Below are positions 11,609 to 26,552 of a stretch of 64,000 nucleotides of DNA, piece by piece; the first letter of the stretch is position 1; every line of letters begins with the position of its first letter. The notes under the pieces are model-generated. The model ran no database searches and was not told the DNA's origin. It saw nothing but the letters and a program-made list of their open reading frames with translations. The stretch is from the NCBI RefSeq assembly GCF_009914755.1, contig NC_060939.1; one strand, written 5' to 3'. The DNA is from the human T2T-CHM13v2.0 reference genome, Homo sapiens. The translations under genes were made by a program, and so were the position numbers.

Positions 11609-14600
11609 TTATGGCTCTGAATTGAAGTGACTGGATGTGACTATTGTTAATGATCTTACATTGTTTAATAGACAAACTCACATCAAGTATCTTTAGTGTT
11701 AATTTTACATGGATCTCAAAAAGGATTCAATGCAGGCTCTTTTTTTTTTTTCTTTAATCTTTAGATTTCTCTATCCACAAAACCACTGGTTTTGGTGTCG
11801 GATGTAAGCTTAGATCAGCTCCACACTGCCTAAGGGAAGCTTTACATTTGATGTACTTACCTAGGGTATTGTTTGGTACTTCAAGAAAGCCAGACTCCCT
11901 CAAACCCTCCCCCTCATCACTCTGGAATTCTCCTGACAATTGTGGCTGTGGAGAAAGGGAGGCAGTGCTCACACGACCCATCCCATCGACACGTACGGTG
12001 TTTTTACGCATGCCTCATCCTGCTTGAGTTTTATTCCTGTTCTTCAAAAGGCTCTCTCGATTCAGAATGCAAGACACCCATTACTTTTACTAAGGCTGTT
12101 CTACACATCAAGGCAGACCATGGCATGCAAAAAAGGTTTATGGCATAACAGGAAGATTAAATATCTCACACGGTTCAAATTCCAAAAGGGTTTCATGAAT
12201 TTACGAATATTAAGGAGAGCATGCTTAGGATGAATTCACAGAACGCAGTGTTTGGCTGATTAATATGCAAGACTACAATCCACGATGGAAGAAAAGTGGG
12301 AACAAATTCTTGCTTTGATTGTGGTGAGGTCAAGACCCAGCATGTGGAACCAGCGGGAGAGAAAACAGAGAACAAAACGGTGGAAGAAAATGCTTAGAAT
12401 CTAACTTATGACTCATATCTTAGAAATGTTTGGAAAGAGAACATTTTTGTAAAATGACAGACATCTAGCAATGGCAGAGCCATGGGAATCCCCTTTAATA
12501 CGAGATGGCTCTGTTTAAATACACATGGAGATGAATATGAAACATGGAGATGGTTAGAGTAAGTCATGGGGTAAGAACAAATTGAGACCAGCCACTCAGG
12601 GCCACGTTTCAGGGGCTGTGACTTGAAGTGGCTGAGATAAATACTTAGATCACTCAACTGGGGATTATAATGGGAGTGCTGGCAACCCTCACTAATTAGG
12701 ATGCTCTCAGGCAGCTCTGTAATAGCTTCGGGGAGCTGCTGTCAGTAAACAGTGTTATATTCGGGGGTTGCTGCATCGGGCGCCTCTCCACACCACAGAG
12801 ACTTCACTTGCTTTGCTCCTAGCAGTCATCTTGCTCCCAGCTCTTCAACACTCCAAGGAACTCAGTGCCCTTCTCCCAGAGACGCAAAGAATTCTGAGTT
12901 TACCTGCAGTCTCCTCCGCAGGCAGAGGGTGAAAGATGACACCTGCAAACACACAACTAATTATAACCCTATTTAGTTCCTGTGGGCGAACCTCTCCGTC
13001 CATCCCTTTTGCCCTTTCCCACATTTAATTCCTATCTGGTGAGGAGGAAAGGATTATTTCTGGAAACCAGCCTTTCCCCTCCAGCTCCCCTCAGCCGCCA
13101 AACACAGACGAATCATCCTGTGGTAATTAACAATCTCGTCTTTAGGAGTACATTTTATGGTACTCTTGGTCAGGTAAATTCTAAATTAGCTCAGTTAAAA
13201 TGGGTCATAAGACATAGCGCTGCCGTCCCTATTAGCTCCTGGACCTCCGCCAATGTACCGCACTATTTTGGGAGCTGGGCTTCTGGCAAAAGGAATCATT
13301 ACCCAGAGATTATGTGCAGGGGGGATCTGTGTGGAGGACACGCAGTAGTGGCACCCTTCCCTCCTGGCTTCACTCGCAAGTTCTGGGGTAATACATGAAG
13401 AATTGGAAAGAATTAATTTTGGGAAGGGGAGCATATAGGGGTGCTGAGGGAGAGCTCAGTGAGGTGAGGTCGCTATCCCTGTGGTCACCCAGGCATGGGG
13501 CAAGTCTGCTGCTAGGTTTCCTTTTGAGATTCTCAATGGCCCTGAAGAGGATAGAGGGGCTTTGCGAACACCTCCAAGAGGGGTTTACTGCCCCAGGCCA
13601 TGCATAGGAGGATTTAGTGGAAAGAGGTTGGGGGCCCTAGGATCTTCTTGGAAAGAAATATCTGCCTGCCTTGGGCAAGTCACTTTCCCTTCTCTGGTCC
13701 TGTTTTTTCACTTGTCAGTTGAAAGGACTGGGCAAAATGACCTCTGAGAGTCCTTTCCATCTCAAACATCTTGTGACCCTTTCTGCAAATCAGTGGAGTT
13801 GTCCTAGGGTGTTTGCCTGACTCTCTGGAGACAACCGTGGGTTTTGTTTAGGACACAGTTGCCTCTGGTTCTGAGAGCCTATCTTTTTAGGATTTCTATT
13901 TTACTGGCAACTTTTGATATTCTGAGCTCCAGGGAAACAAGGAATTCAGAACATAATCCATTGTGCTCTGAATGCAAAGAGAAGATTACTTACCTTTAGA
14001 AATATATGCAAACAAATTTTTTTGAGGATCTACAGTATGCCAAAGCAGTTTGCTAGGAGCACGTGTATGTGTACTGTGAGGATAAGGGAGGGAATAGGTT
14101 ACTGCGATTAAACTAGATACCCTCTCTGTCCTTAAGAAGCTTGCAAGCTAAGGAATACTGATGTGGACTCAAAGAATTCAAGAAATATAGAGGGAGGGTT
14201 GAGTTTGAGTTGACTATGAAATGTCCAGGAGAAAAAAAAATGAAATTGGAATGAGAGAGACGAGGAGCAACTTTTAAAAACATTGTGGCGGTAGGGTCCT
14301 ACCTAGATCTAAGATGGAGAACATTTGGGGCACTGGTATCACTAGGGATTCCATAGATTTATGTCCTTTGGGTATAATTTATTAAGCAAGGGAGCCTGAG
14401 AAGTGTAATTTTAAGCCTCTCAGACTCTGTGATATATGGCTGGGGAATGGGAGGATGAATGTAGGAAGGGAATTGAAACAGTGCTTCAGCAATAAGGAGT
14501 TTAAATTGGATCCACAGGGCAATGAGAAACCACTTTGGGGCACTGAAGTATGGGCTGGCATACTCACCATATCATCATAGCAAACAACTGGCACAGTCAG

Positions 14601-15561
14601 AAGGTGTGGAGACGTCATCAACGTTACAGTTTAATAAAATGATAAATAGCTCAGATCACAAAAGATGAGATATGCAAAACTTTGTGAAATTTTAAAGGGA
14701 GAAAAAACAAAAATCTCATCCACATTGGAATATATACAATATTTATTTAAAAACACTCATATACAGATCCAAAGACACACAGTTAAATTAAAAAGAAAAA
14801 ATCCCAGCTACCATTTAAACCTCTTTCTGAGGAAAAGGGGAGACCAAATGGCTCCTTTGGGTTCCTTTATAATTATAAATACACCATTTCATAGTGTCTT
14901 TTCCCCATTTATTCTTTCCACTTGTGCGGTCACAGTTGTAGTTGCAAAGAGCAAAGTCCACTGTAGTTAGTTTAAGGAAGAAAGGAATTAATATAAAGGA
15001 TATTCAAAGCAGGGAGAAAGACACTTGGGGGCAGGCTTCTAGGAGGATCACTAAACTGTAGGAACTGGCCTGATGGTTAAGCCCTGAAGCTGTTGAACAG
15101 ATGCTGGGAAACCCCAATTATTGCACCTGCTGCAGCTACCAGCCCTGCTGCTAGTTTTGTGTCAGAAATACTATCCCGAACTGCCAGAAAAACTCTACCA
15201 CCAAAATCTGCATGGCTCTGCCATGTCTCTCCCCAGGAACGAGAGGTGTCCCCCTCAGCGCACCTCACATATCACATACTTTCAAGACACAGTGTCACGT
15301 TTGTGTGCCTGATTAGCAGAGCCTAAATCGCAGGCCCATGTCCTCCCCGCAAGGGGACTGGGCATTTGCATTTAATTTTGGAGAGGCTGGATTCACAATG
15401 TAAGGATTTCCGCAGACAGAGGAAGTCTATTCCAAAGACAATGGGCACTGTGTATGTAGTAGATGTTACTACTCCATCCCAGGTAGCTTCTTGTTTCCAA
15501 GTATGTGAAAGAGAAGATTGTGGGCAAGGAAAGAGGACAGGAAACTTCTATTGAGAGGCTC

Positions 15562-16325
15562 AGTGGTAGATGTTGTGGCTGTGCCACCCATATCCATGTG
15601 ATATGGTTTTGCTGTGTCCCCACCCAAATCTCATCTTGTAGTTTCCATAATCCCCACATGTGGTCTGAGGGACCTGGTGGGAGGTAATTGAATCACAGGG
15701 GTGGTTTCCCCCATCCTATTCTCATGATAGTAAGTAAGTTCTCATGAGATCTGATGGTTTGATAAGGGGTTTTCCCTTTGCTTGGATCTTATTCTTCTCC
15801 TTCCAGTCATCATGTAAAGAAAGACGTGTTTGCTTCCCCTTCCACCATGATTGTAAGTTTCCTGAGGCCTCCCCAGCCATGTGGAACTGTGAGTCAATTA
15901 AACATCTTTCCTTTATAAATTACCCAGACTCAGGTATGTGCTTATTGGAACTCACCATATTGAGGTGCTGCTGCCACTCCCAGCTGCCACTGTCTGCATA
16001 GCTTAGCCTGAGAGAGTACTCTTGGAAGCCAGAGTGGCAGTACTGGGGAAATTAACACTGCTCCTTGCAGCTGTCAATAAATTGCTGACTTGCCCCTTGG
16101 GTGGGGTACCCCAGAGGCTCCTGTTTTACACTGTGCCCCAGAGTTCTCCCTGGCTTTAAGCCCTAGTTGTCCACAGTGGTAGCTGGCTTGGTAGCAGACC
16201 CTCTAGTGGCTTCCTTCTCTTCCCTGTCTCACTTCCTCACTCACCACTGGTTTTTTCTATATTTCTCAAATACACTACCTGTGCCTTGTCTTGGATCTGC
16301 CTCAGGGGGACCCATGGTCAAGCTG
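15562..16325 (+). mobile_element. LTR16-like ERVL LTR, interrupted by THE1
   Basis: Start gtagatgttgtggctgtgccacccatatcc; distal cccagagttctccc...cacagtggtagctggcttg...ccctgtctcacttcc...ccttgtcttggatctgcctcagggggaccc. Confidence 0.6.
15599..15946 (+). mobile_element. THE1 (ERVL-MaLR) LTR, 3' end clipped
   Basis: tgatatggttttgctgtgtccccacccaaatctcatctt...gagtcaattaaacatctttcctttataaattacccag. Confidence 0.93.
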
Positions 16326-17622
16326 ACTTACTTTGCCGTAGGTGCTCTCACATTTATTATGAGTAAATTCTTTGAGCATCATCATGCAGTAGTGATTAAA
16401 GAGGAAAGCCAGGCTCACTTCCCAGCCTTGGCCTCCACACAAGGCTTCTCCCTCCCTCCCTCCCTCCCTCTGAAGTCTGTGTGGAGTGGGGCTGCTCCCT
16501 GGCAGGGCCATGCCCCCAGGTCTTCAGGCTCTGCATCAAAAGCCCTCACAGCTTCCCTTTGCTGCCCCCAGGATATTTCAGGCTGGAGAAAAATCACTCC
16601 TAGGACTATCCTTTGCACAAATTGGTGCTGAAATACTTTAAAGGGGTTCAGCTTACCTCTCTCAGAGCTCTTCTCTGCTCTTTTTGAGGTGGCAGGAGAT
16701 GAAAGAGAGTGAAACAGAACATTTGTGAGCCTCTACAATGCCAAGAAATATAGGCTTTCTGCCTCCTAAGACCAGATTCCCTTGCAACAGAGGGAGGTAA
16801 TTTCCAGCTTGCTCTACAAGAAGAAATAAAGCAATCATCGTTCCATCAGTTTTCTAGTGTAGAGTTCTTTCAGGTGATTTTGCATCCAGCATTGCTGGTG
16901 TCAACAGAGCCTTAGCAGGGCTGAGCTACCTGCAAACCTTTACAAAGGATCTCGGCGGGAGCACTGGCAGGAACTCTTTTCTCAGAGTCTGCATACTCTA
17001 TCAAGATCAGAACATTTTGTACATGGTTTTGGAACATGGAATGGACCCCTTCAAAGCATGCTCCTATAAGAGTGGCTTGAAAACATGGAGAAAGAAGTGC
17101 TCTTTCCAAAGTTGTTCTCTCTCCAGGGCCTGGCTCTTGACTGGCTCCAGCTGCCGACGGCACTCTCACCCCTCCATCGGCAGACGGGCTTCCCACACTC
17201 CTGCCCCTTTGCTTTTTCCAGATATAAAAGTCAAACACTCTGAGTGCAGTACCTTTTCTCTGAAAACACTTGACCCACGAGTTCCACAAACACTCTGTTT
17301 TCAAGTTGTGGAGAATGGAGGCAAAGAAGAGAGAAGCGATGTCTTTGGAATTATTCGGGGCACGGAGGGAAGGAGAGCTGCCTCAGAAAACGCTCCTTTA
17401 AGAATTAGAGAGAAAGGCTTTTATGCCACTTAGTGCTTGAAAAGAAGCACTAGAAGGGGCCAGTGTGGAGGGTGCTTGAGGATGAATTCAACAAATACTG
17501 CAGAATATAAAGTTTTTATTTTCTTTCTCTAAATTATCCTTCAGAAAATAGGGAGTTGTTTTATAGCTAGTTAATGACAATTTTTTTTGAATGCCTACTA
17601 TGTGCTAGGCAATATTCTAGAC

Positions 17623-18136
17623 TAAGGGTCAGCAAACGTTTTCTGCAATGGGTCTGGCAGTAAATATTTCAGGGTTTTTGGAGCATACAGTCTATGTAAC
17701 AACTGTCTGATTCTGCCATTACAGAGTAAAAGCAGCCATTGACAATAAGTGCTGGGCCTAGCTGTGTTCCAATAAAGCTTCATTTTTAAAAACTTGTCCA
17801 GATGCAGTGGCTCATGCCTGTAATCCCAGTACTTTGGGAGGTTGAGGCAGGACGATTGCTTGAGGCCAGGAGTTCGAGACCAGCCTGGACTACATAGCAA
17901 GAACTCATCTCAAAAAAAAAAAAAAAAATTAGCTGAGTGCAGTGGTGCATACCTGCAGTCTTAGCTACTCAGGAGGCTGAGGTGGGAGGATTGTTTGGGC
18001 CCAGAAGGTTGGGACTGCAGTGAACTATGATAGCATCACTGTACTCCAGCCTGGGCTCCAGAGCGAGACCCTGTCTCAAAACAAAACAACCTTAATTTAC
18101 AAATTTGGCCCACAGGTTGTAGTTTGCTAACCCTTG
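17623..18136. mobile_element. MER58A-like hAT MITE, interrupted by Alu
   Basis: TIRs taagggtcagcaaac / gtttgctaacccttg; 8-bp TSD-like ttctagac/ccgtagac. Confidence 0.8.
17796..18089 (+). mobile_element. AluJ-type SINE
   Basis: Dimeric Alu with J-type attgcttgaggccagg and gagaccctgtctc. Confidence 0.95.
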
Positions 18137-18639
18137 CCGTAGACACTGGGGGATATATTAGTTAATGAAATAAAGCTCCTGCCTTCAAGGAACCTATATT
18201 CTGATGTAAGTGCTACTTTAAAATTGGTGTCCTTACCAATAGGTACTGTGGCTTGGGACAAATGATCCAGAGACAGCATTTATCATGGATTAAAAAAAGG
18301 ACTGGATGGAAATAAAGACAGTGTGCCTTGGAAATTTATGTGAAGTGACCCAGAAAGTGATCTAAAAAGACACAGATGTTAAACATGCTTGGGGGCAGTT
18401 TGAGTGAAATGACTGCGAGTAATGTGAGACTAATAAGAAAGAAATATTTCAAAATTGATATTTCTGAATTAATTTTATAGGTATAATTTAGATATGTATG
18501 TGAATGAAAATAAAATACTACTGCTCTACGTAAAAAGTTGAGTATTTTATTCACATTCCAGAAATTGTATATTTGAGTTGACCAAAATATTTTTTGGGAG
18601 AACTTCTTTTTGGAGAAGTGGGAGGCTTCCTTCTATTTT

Positions 18640-19600
<961 letters not shown>

Positions 19601-19601
19601 G

Positions 19602-20315
<714 letters not shown>

Positions 20316-23300
20316 TGTGCCAACTTCTTTTGCGCATGTTATTCCACGTGTGATATAGAATGAATAGATCTCACTTTGGTGCAAATAGATTGCAAACATC
20401 ATCTAAGTGTATACAATCAATTAATAACATTAACTTTTATTCACTTTAGAAGTCTGTATATTGCTTTACTATGGCCTTCATTTTATCTTTGGTTAAGCCC
20501 AGCCTTTCCCAGTATCTCAGAGCTGTTTAGCCTCCTTCTTTCTCCCTAAAGGGTACAAAGAAAACATACGAGTTCTCCCTTTGTTTTCTGTCTTCCATTT
20601 GCAGATCTCTTTTTTTCAGCCCTCTCTGTAGAACTGGGATTCCTTTAATACAACTTTTAGGGATTTTCTATCAGTTTGGATGCCCAGAGCATGGTGATTC
20701 CATAGTGTCCAAGCCGAGAGTTCTAGTATGACCCTTCCCTTAATCTAAGAAACCCTTTGGATGGCTAAACTATGTTTTCTAAGCAAGGACGTGTTTTTTC
20801 TAAGCAAGGAACATTTGCTGTTCCTTTTTGCTTTAAGGCTTACACATATGGCCTGAATCCACTAAATTTTACTTCACAATTTCTTTCAGTATCTATATTG
20901 AAGTGTGCTGATCTGGAACACCTACCTGAAAGCTAAGACCTTAGCTATGAATTAACATAGTCACAGTGTTTAAAATGAGCAGATAAGGTCTTCTCTACCC
21001 TGAAGAATTGCTGGCTGGGTGACCCAGCTCTTTGCAGAGGTCACACAAGGTAGAGTGACCTTTCCATTCAATGCTCCCTTTTCTCTGCTCCTGTACTCAT
21101 GCCATCCTTCATCCGGCTCTTCCCACTGGCAGCTCTTCCCATCTTACCATCGACCTTTGCCTTCTCCACGTGTTCACTTTGAATGATCACATGGCTGCTC
21201 CATTGTCTTCTCATTTCCAAGTATTGTTTTGTCACCTTTTTAGGCTGTCTCAGGTATTTCATGTGGATGCTCCGTCTTCCAAATGATGTCTCATGCTCTC
21301 TGTGTGCATCGGCATTAATCTTGGTGACAATTCCAGTGTCTGTAAAGGATTTCTTTCACCCCATGGGCCAGGCCAGATTCTAACTCTGTGGCCTTCTTTT
21401 TCATACGTCTTTGAAAGCTTTCTTTCTGAGAAGCACATTATTTTGAACTCTTTTATTCCTCCTCTAGTGTGAGCTATAATTGTTTGGAATTTCCGATCCA
21501 ATTTCTTTTTCAGGTACTCTCTGCAACTGGCCTACAGGTGAGGTCATTAGCTCTTTGCACACAGGCACCACTTCTTTCCTGATTTAGCTTCTAGACGATG
21601 CATTTTCAGGTTGAAGTAAAACCATTTATGCCAACTTGCTTGTCTCTGGCTTTTGCTATAATTTTCCAAAGGAATATTTGTGCCTTGTATCCTCATCATG
21701 ATAGAGTGGCTTGGGTGTAAGATGAGGAGACACAACTCTTTGGATTTTAATGTTCACTTGGTCATCGCAATTATTTGCGCTTTTTGAGAAGTAATGTTTT
21801 TGGAACTGAATTATCTTCTTAGTAAAGAGAGGGCAGCTCTGGAGTCTAAGTTAATGCACCATTAGAGGGGGCTAAGCTTGCTAAATGAAGATTCTTTCCT
21901 TTTAATTTGATTGTTACCCAGGGTCTTCCTTAAAGTATATTTAATGGTTATGAATATTGTAGCAATGGATTTCTTCAGATTTATCATAAAATGGTTGATG
22001 CTCCTTGCAAAAAATTAACACATGCAGAAATTTGAAAAGAAGTAGGAATACTAACAATAAATGGCCCATCCATAATTTTACCACCAAGAGGGAAGGCATT
22101 TTTTTCTTCTAGTCTTTTTTCTCTTCTGATGACATGGTTCAGTGCAGCCATTTTTATCAAAAGTTGGCAACTCATACAGTGATCTAGGACTATAGCAAAA
22201 GCCTTGATAACTTTGCCATTACCTGTTACTTTAAATACATATTTTAATTCAAGTCACTTCTCAGCCTTGTAGATGGAGTAGATATGAACCCTGGAAGGAA
22301 TCTCATTTCCCTTCCAATCTGACTACTACTAATTGATGTATGAATCTTCCATGTTTTTCCTAGAAAGTGCCATCAAGGTTCTGCTTGCTGGACTCAGACC
22401 TTTGTTCCTGTGGTTTCTTTTGCCTGGAATAAATCCTCCCCATCTCTGCAGGTTTAAATTATCCCCCTTTTCAAGCCCCTTAGACTAAAGTCTTACTTGA
22501 TCCCCTCAACATTGATATTTTTGATTTACCCTTTAATTTATACATTTATTTATTCATTTGAATAGTGCAATACCCTGAGCCTAGAATACCCTATTTCTGA
22601 AATCTTGATGGTTACATTTTCTATTTCAAAGATAATAGCAGCTTTTTTATTTTTCAGAGATAGAGATCTTGTATTGTGGGAAATGGAAGGACTATTCTCT
22701 CCTCTTTATGCATGGGAGACTCACATTTCAATATGTCTTTGGTTATGCAAATGTAAAGTACAGATCCTAGTCTGGAAAGGAGAGTTTGAAACTATGAGGA
22801 AGGAGCCAAATTCAAATGGTGGAAAGTGTTGTACACTGTAGGAGTTGCCTCTCTGCAGGGATTGTTTTGGTACTGACTGGAAGACAAAGGGGAAATTTAC
22901 TCTTCTAGATGCAGAGAGGGGTTGTCAGGCATTAGTCTCATGGTGGGGAACTTCTGTTCATGGAGGTGGTAAATTGGCTTTGAAACATGGTGGCATGTAT
23001 GAGAGGAAACTAAGGGAGAGATACCTTCAGAGGCATAACTCTATGGACTCTGGGAGCAGTGGTCTCACACCAAGTTTTGTGGGTTCTCCCTGTGTTGTAA
23101 CTCCCCTTTGTCCTCCTCAAATTTTCAGTAAGTTCTGTTGAACACCATAGTCTGCCTAAGGCTGTGTATTGGGAAATTAAGGGAGGGTCAGCATCCTCAC
23201 TGGGGAAGAATTGGGACTGAGAATGCTCAGGTGGACTGGAAAAGCTGGCTAAGCCAAGTGGTGATGCACAGAGGCCTAGCATAGTAATCCAGATCTAGAT

Positions 23301-23504
23301 GTGACAAAAGTGACAGCCAAGATGACCTCTGGGGGGCAAATACATCCCTCAGGTACTTCGAAAATACCTGGGGAGGAAAATCTGGCTAAAGACTTTGCAG
23401 GAAGTAGGATACAGTAAAACAAGGAGCCCATACCATTGTTTCTTAGCTTGTGAAGGAAAGGGTAATCCCAGGGCTAGAGAACTGAAGACTGATGGGCTGT
23501 ACAT

Positions 23505-24970
23505 GGACTCAACAAATATTTGTTGAGCACCTACTCTGTGCCTGGCACAGCGCTAGGTACTGGGGATACAAAGATATCAAAGAAATGCTCTGTCCTGATA
23601 CAACTCATTATAACATGTACTGGATTTTCTTGGTGGTAGCATGGAAATACAAGGCAAATGTTGTAGTAGAGATGCATACATGACACCAATTGAGTATGAA
23701 GAATGGGGTGTCTGACTCTGCCTAAAAGTGTGGAAAAGACAAAGGAACAGCTCCAGGAGGAGGTATAAGTTGAGTGTTAAAGGGTTAATGAGAGTTTAGA
23801 TAAGATGGGGGAATACATTTCAGGCCAAGAGAAGAACATGAGCTTATAGAGAGGTGTGAAAGAGCATGGGTTTGGGGCCAAGTAGAGTACCTTAGCAGAA
23901 AGGAAGGGCAGAAGGACTGGTTAGAATGGGGAACTTGGGGCAGTGTCAGGTGAGAGAAGACAAGGTTTATATGATGAACTGAAGTTTTCGGATTTTATGC
24001 ACCTGGTGGGGTATGAATGTAAAAAAAAAAAACATGTCAAAGAATTACATGATCAACTATGCCTGTAAAAATAAATTATTCTGTGCCACTGTAAAGGATA
24101 TGCTAGGTTGGACTCCCTAGAAACAGAGCCTGAGATGGGGATTCTTGTGAAAATGACTAATTGAAGGAGTGTTATTAGGGAAAAAAAAAGAGAGTGAGGG
24201 AAGTGGGACAGGGCACGGGCAGAAGCTGGGAAAGGATGTGATTTAAGGAAGAGTCTAGGCTCAGTTGGATCTCAAGAGGAGCTCTGAGTGTGAATTATAC
24301 CACAGAGACTGTCCTTGCTGCCCCCAAGGGGAGGATGGGGTCCCAGACATCTCCAGGTAAGATGGCTCCACCAGCTGCAGACAGTCCTCCAGAAAAGGGT
24401 GTAAGTGTGAGGGGTTAGCAGCCCAAACCTGTAGTGTCTGGGGCATAAATGCATTGAAAGCATCAGCTAATAAAGGGTGCCTGGGCAGGGCTCCAAAAGC
24501 GTAGGCTATAGAGGATGAATCAGAATCATCTCACTGGAAGTGGAGGGACTATAAGGAGTTGCCAGGAAAAGCGTGATGTATGGTGATGGAGAGAAGGGGG
24601 TAGATTTAAGAGAGATCTGTGAGGTAGAATTGATGGAATTTGGTGATTAGTTTGGATACGACAGTGGTAGGGGAGAGAGGGGATTCCAGGTGCACCTCAG
24701 TTTGGGATCTGGGCGGCTGGGTGCCTATTGCCTAGGAACTGTTTTTTCATGTAGGGGTTTAGGTGAGGAATAGATTTGTGAGCAATGTTGTTGAATTTGG
24801 ATTTGCTTTCCTCAAATTGGGGTTCCTTGCCAAACACCCAGGGACTGATGGTCAGAGGACAGGTAGAAATCCATTGCTGTGGCTCAGAGGAGAGAGCTGA
24901 GCTGGAGAGTTTTAGACATCATTGAAGAGTCTGGCAATCAAAGCTGAAGGGTTGACGAGATCACCCAGGG
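23505..24970 (-). mobile_element. L2 LINE fragments (interrupted by LTR)
   Basis: tcaacaaatatttgttgagcacctactctgtgcctggcac start; later gtgaggtagaattgatggaatttggtgattag. Confidence 0.7.
24101..24510 (-). mobile_element. ERVL LTR (LTR16/LTR33-like)
   Basis: taggttggactccctagaaacagagcctgagatggggattcttgtg...attgaaggagtg. Confidence 0.6.
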
Positions 24971-26024
24971 AGAGGAAGACAATATAGACCATGCTTAAGA
25001 CAACTCCTGTGGTACCTTATACCCAGCAGAAGCTTAGTACATGTTGAATTGAATTGCTTATATTAATAAGGTGCTCTTTCTAGCTCCCAAACCCAGTTCC
25101 CCATCAGATGTCACTGACAAAAAAATTAGTGGGCTAAAAATGACATTGATTGTACTTTTTGAAATTGTGACATGGAGATTCATTCAATGAGAGACATCAG
25201 TAGACCCTGGGTTTCCTCTTTCTACTCCCAGCCTGAGCTTTCAGCCAGGGGTCTCACCAACCTATCCCCTCTTCTCAGGGCTGGCTATGTGGGATTCCAA
25301 AAGGGGTGTGCAGGTGTCCCAGGGACCTTCTTTCTCCAGGCACTTCTGAGTGAACCTGAGATAAGCAAGAGACGCACAAACAGACCTGTAAAAACAGCAG
25401 GGCAATACTTTTATCCACACAACACTAGGTGCCTTGCCCCTGGGGATAGTAGGAATGGAGAAATCTCCTTTATTATCAACATCTTTGTGGTCACTCACCT
25501 TGTGAATTCCCAGAGGACTTTTGGCACCACCAGGCTGTCCTATGGTAAATCAAATGGGTGTAAGGCAAAAAACATTTGGGCTTCAAATGAACTTGAGGTC
25601 CCATATTTTTGAGTTGCCAAGTAAATGTGGAAATGGCAGAAGGGAAAGGCCCTGCCAACACCACATGTTTGGGCTGTGGAGGGGACCGTGGTGACTCAAA
25701 AGCCTTCTTTTTCTAGTGTATACCAGACTGCCCCTACTCATTGCCCACCTGAGAAGTGCTGTTGCCTTTAACTTCTAATGGATCAAGTAGTGCTCCTGGA
25801 GGGGTGTAATGGGAAAACACACATTCTCGGCATGTTAAATGTTACATGGCTCCACCTCAGGGAGCTGACAGATGGTGATTTATTCCACAAAATATTGACG
25901 TGCTCTGCAGAAGTACCCTGTTATTGAGACATTTTGGCAGACCTAGTATTTCCAACTCTGTGCAGCTGAAACATTTTCCATGACATTCCTAAGCTTTGCC
26001 ACTCTTCTGTGCAAAAATGGCATT

Positions 26025-26250
26025 TTAAGACTTTATTGAGGTGTCATTTACATATGGTAAATTTGGTGATTCTAAGCATACAGTTTGATGGACTCCCCAC
26101 ATCAAAACACAGAACCACTCCATTACCCTCAAAAATTTCCTTCTTTCTCTTTCACGTCAATCCCCTCCCCTGACCATCAGTCCCAGGCAACCACTGATCT
26201 TCTTTCTGTCACTACACTTCCATCTTTTTGAGAATTAAAAATGGAAAATA
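26025..26250 (-). mobile_element. Old L1M 3' fragment
   Basis: ctttattgaggtgtcatttacatatggtaaa...caggcaaccactgatcttctttctgtcact. Confidence 0.7.
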
Positions 26251-26252
26251 TA

Positions 26253-26552
<300 letters not shown>

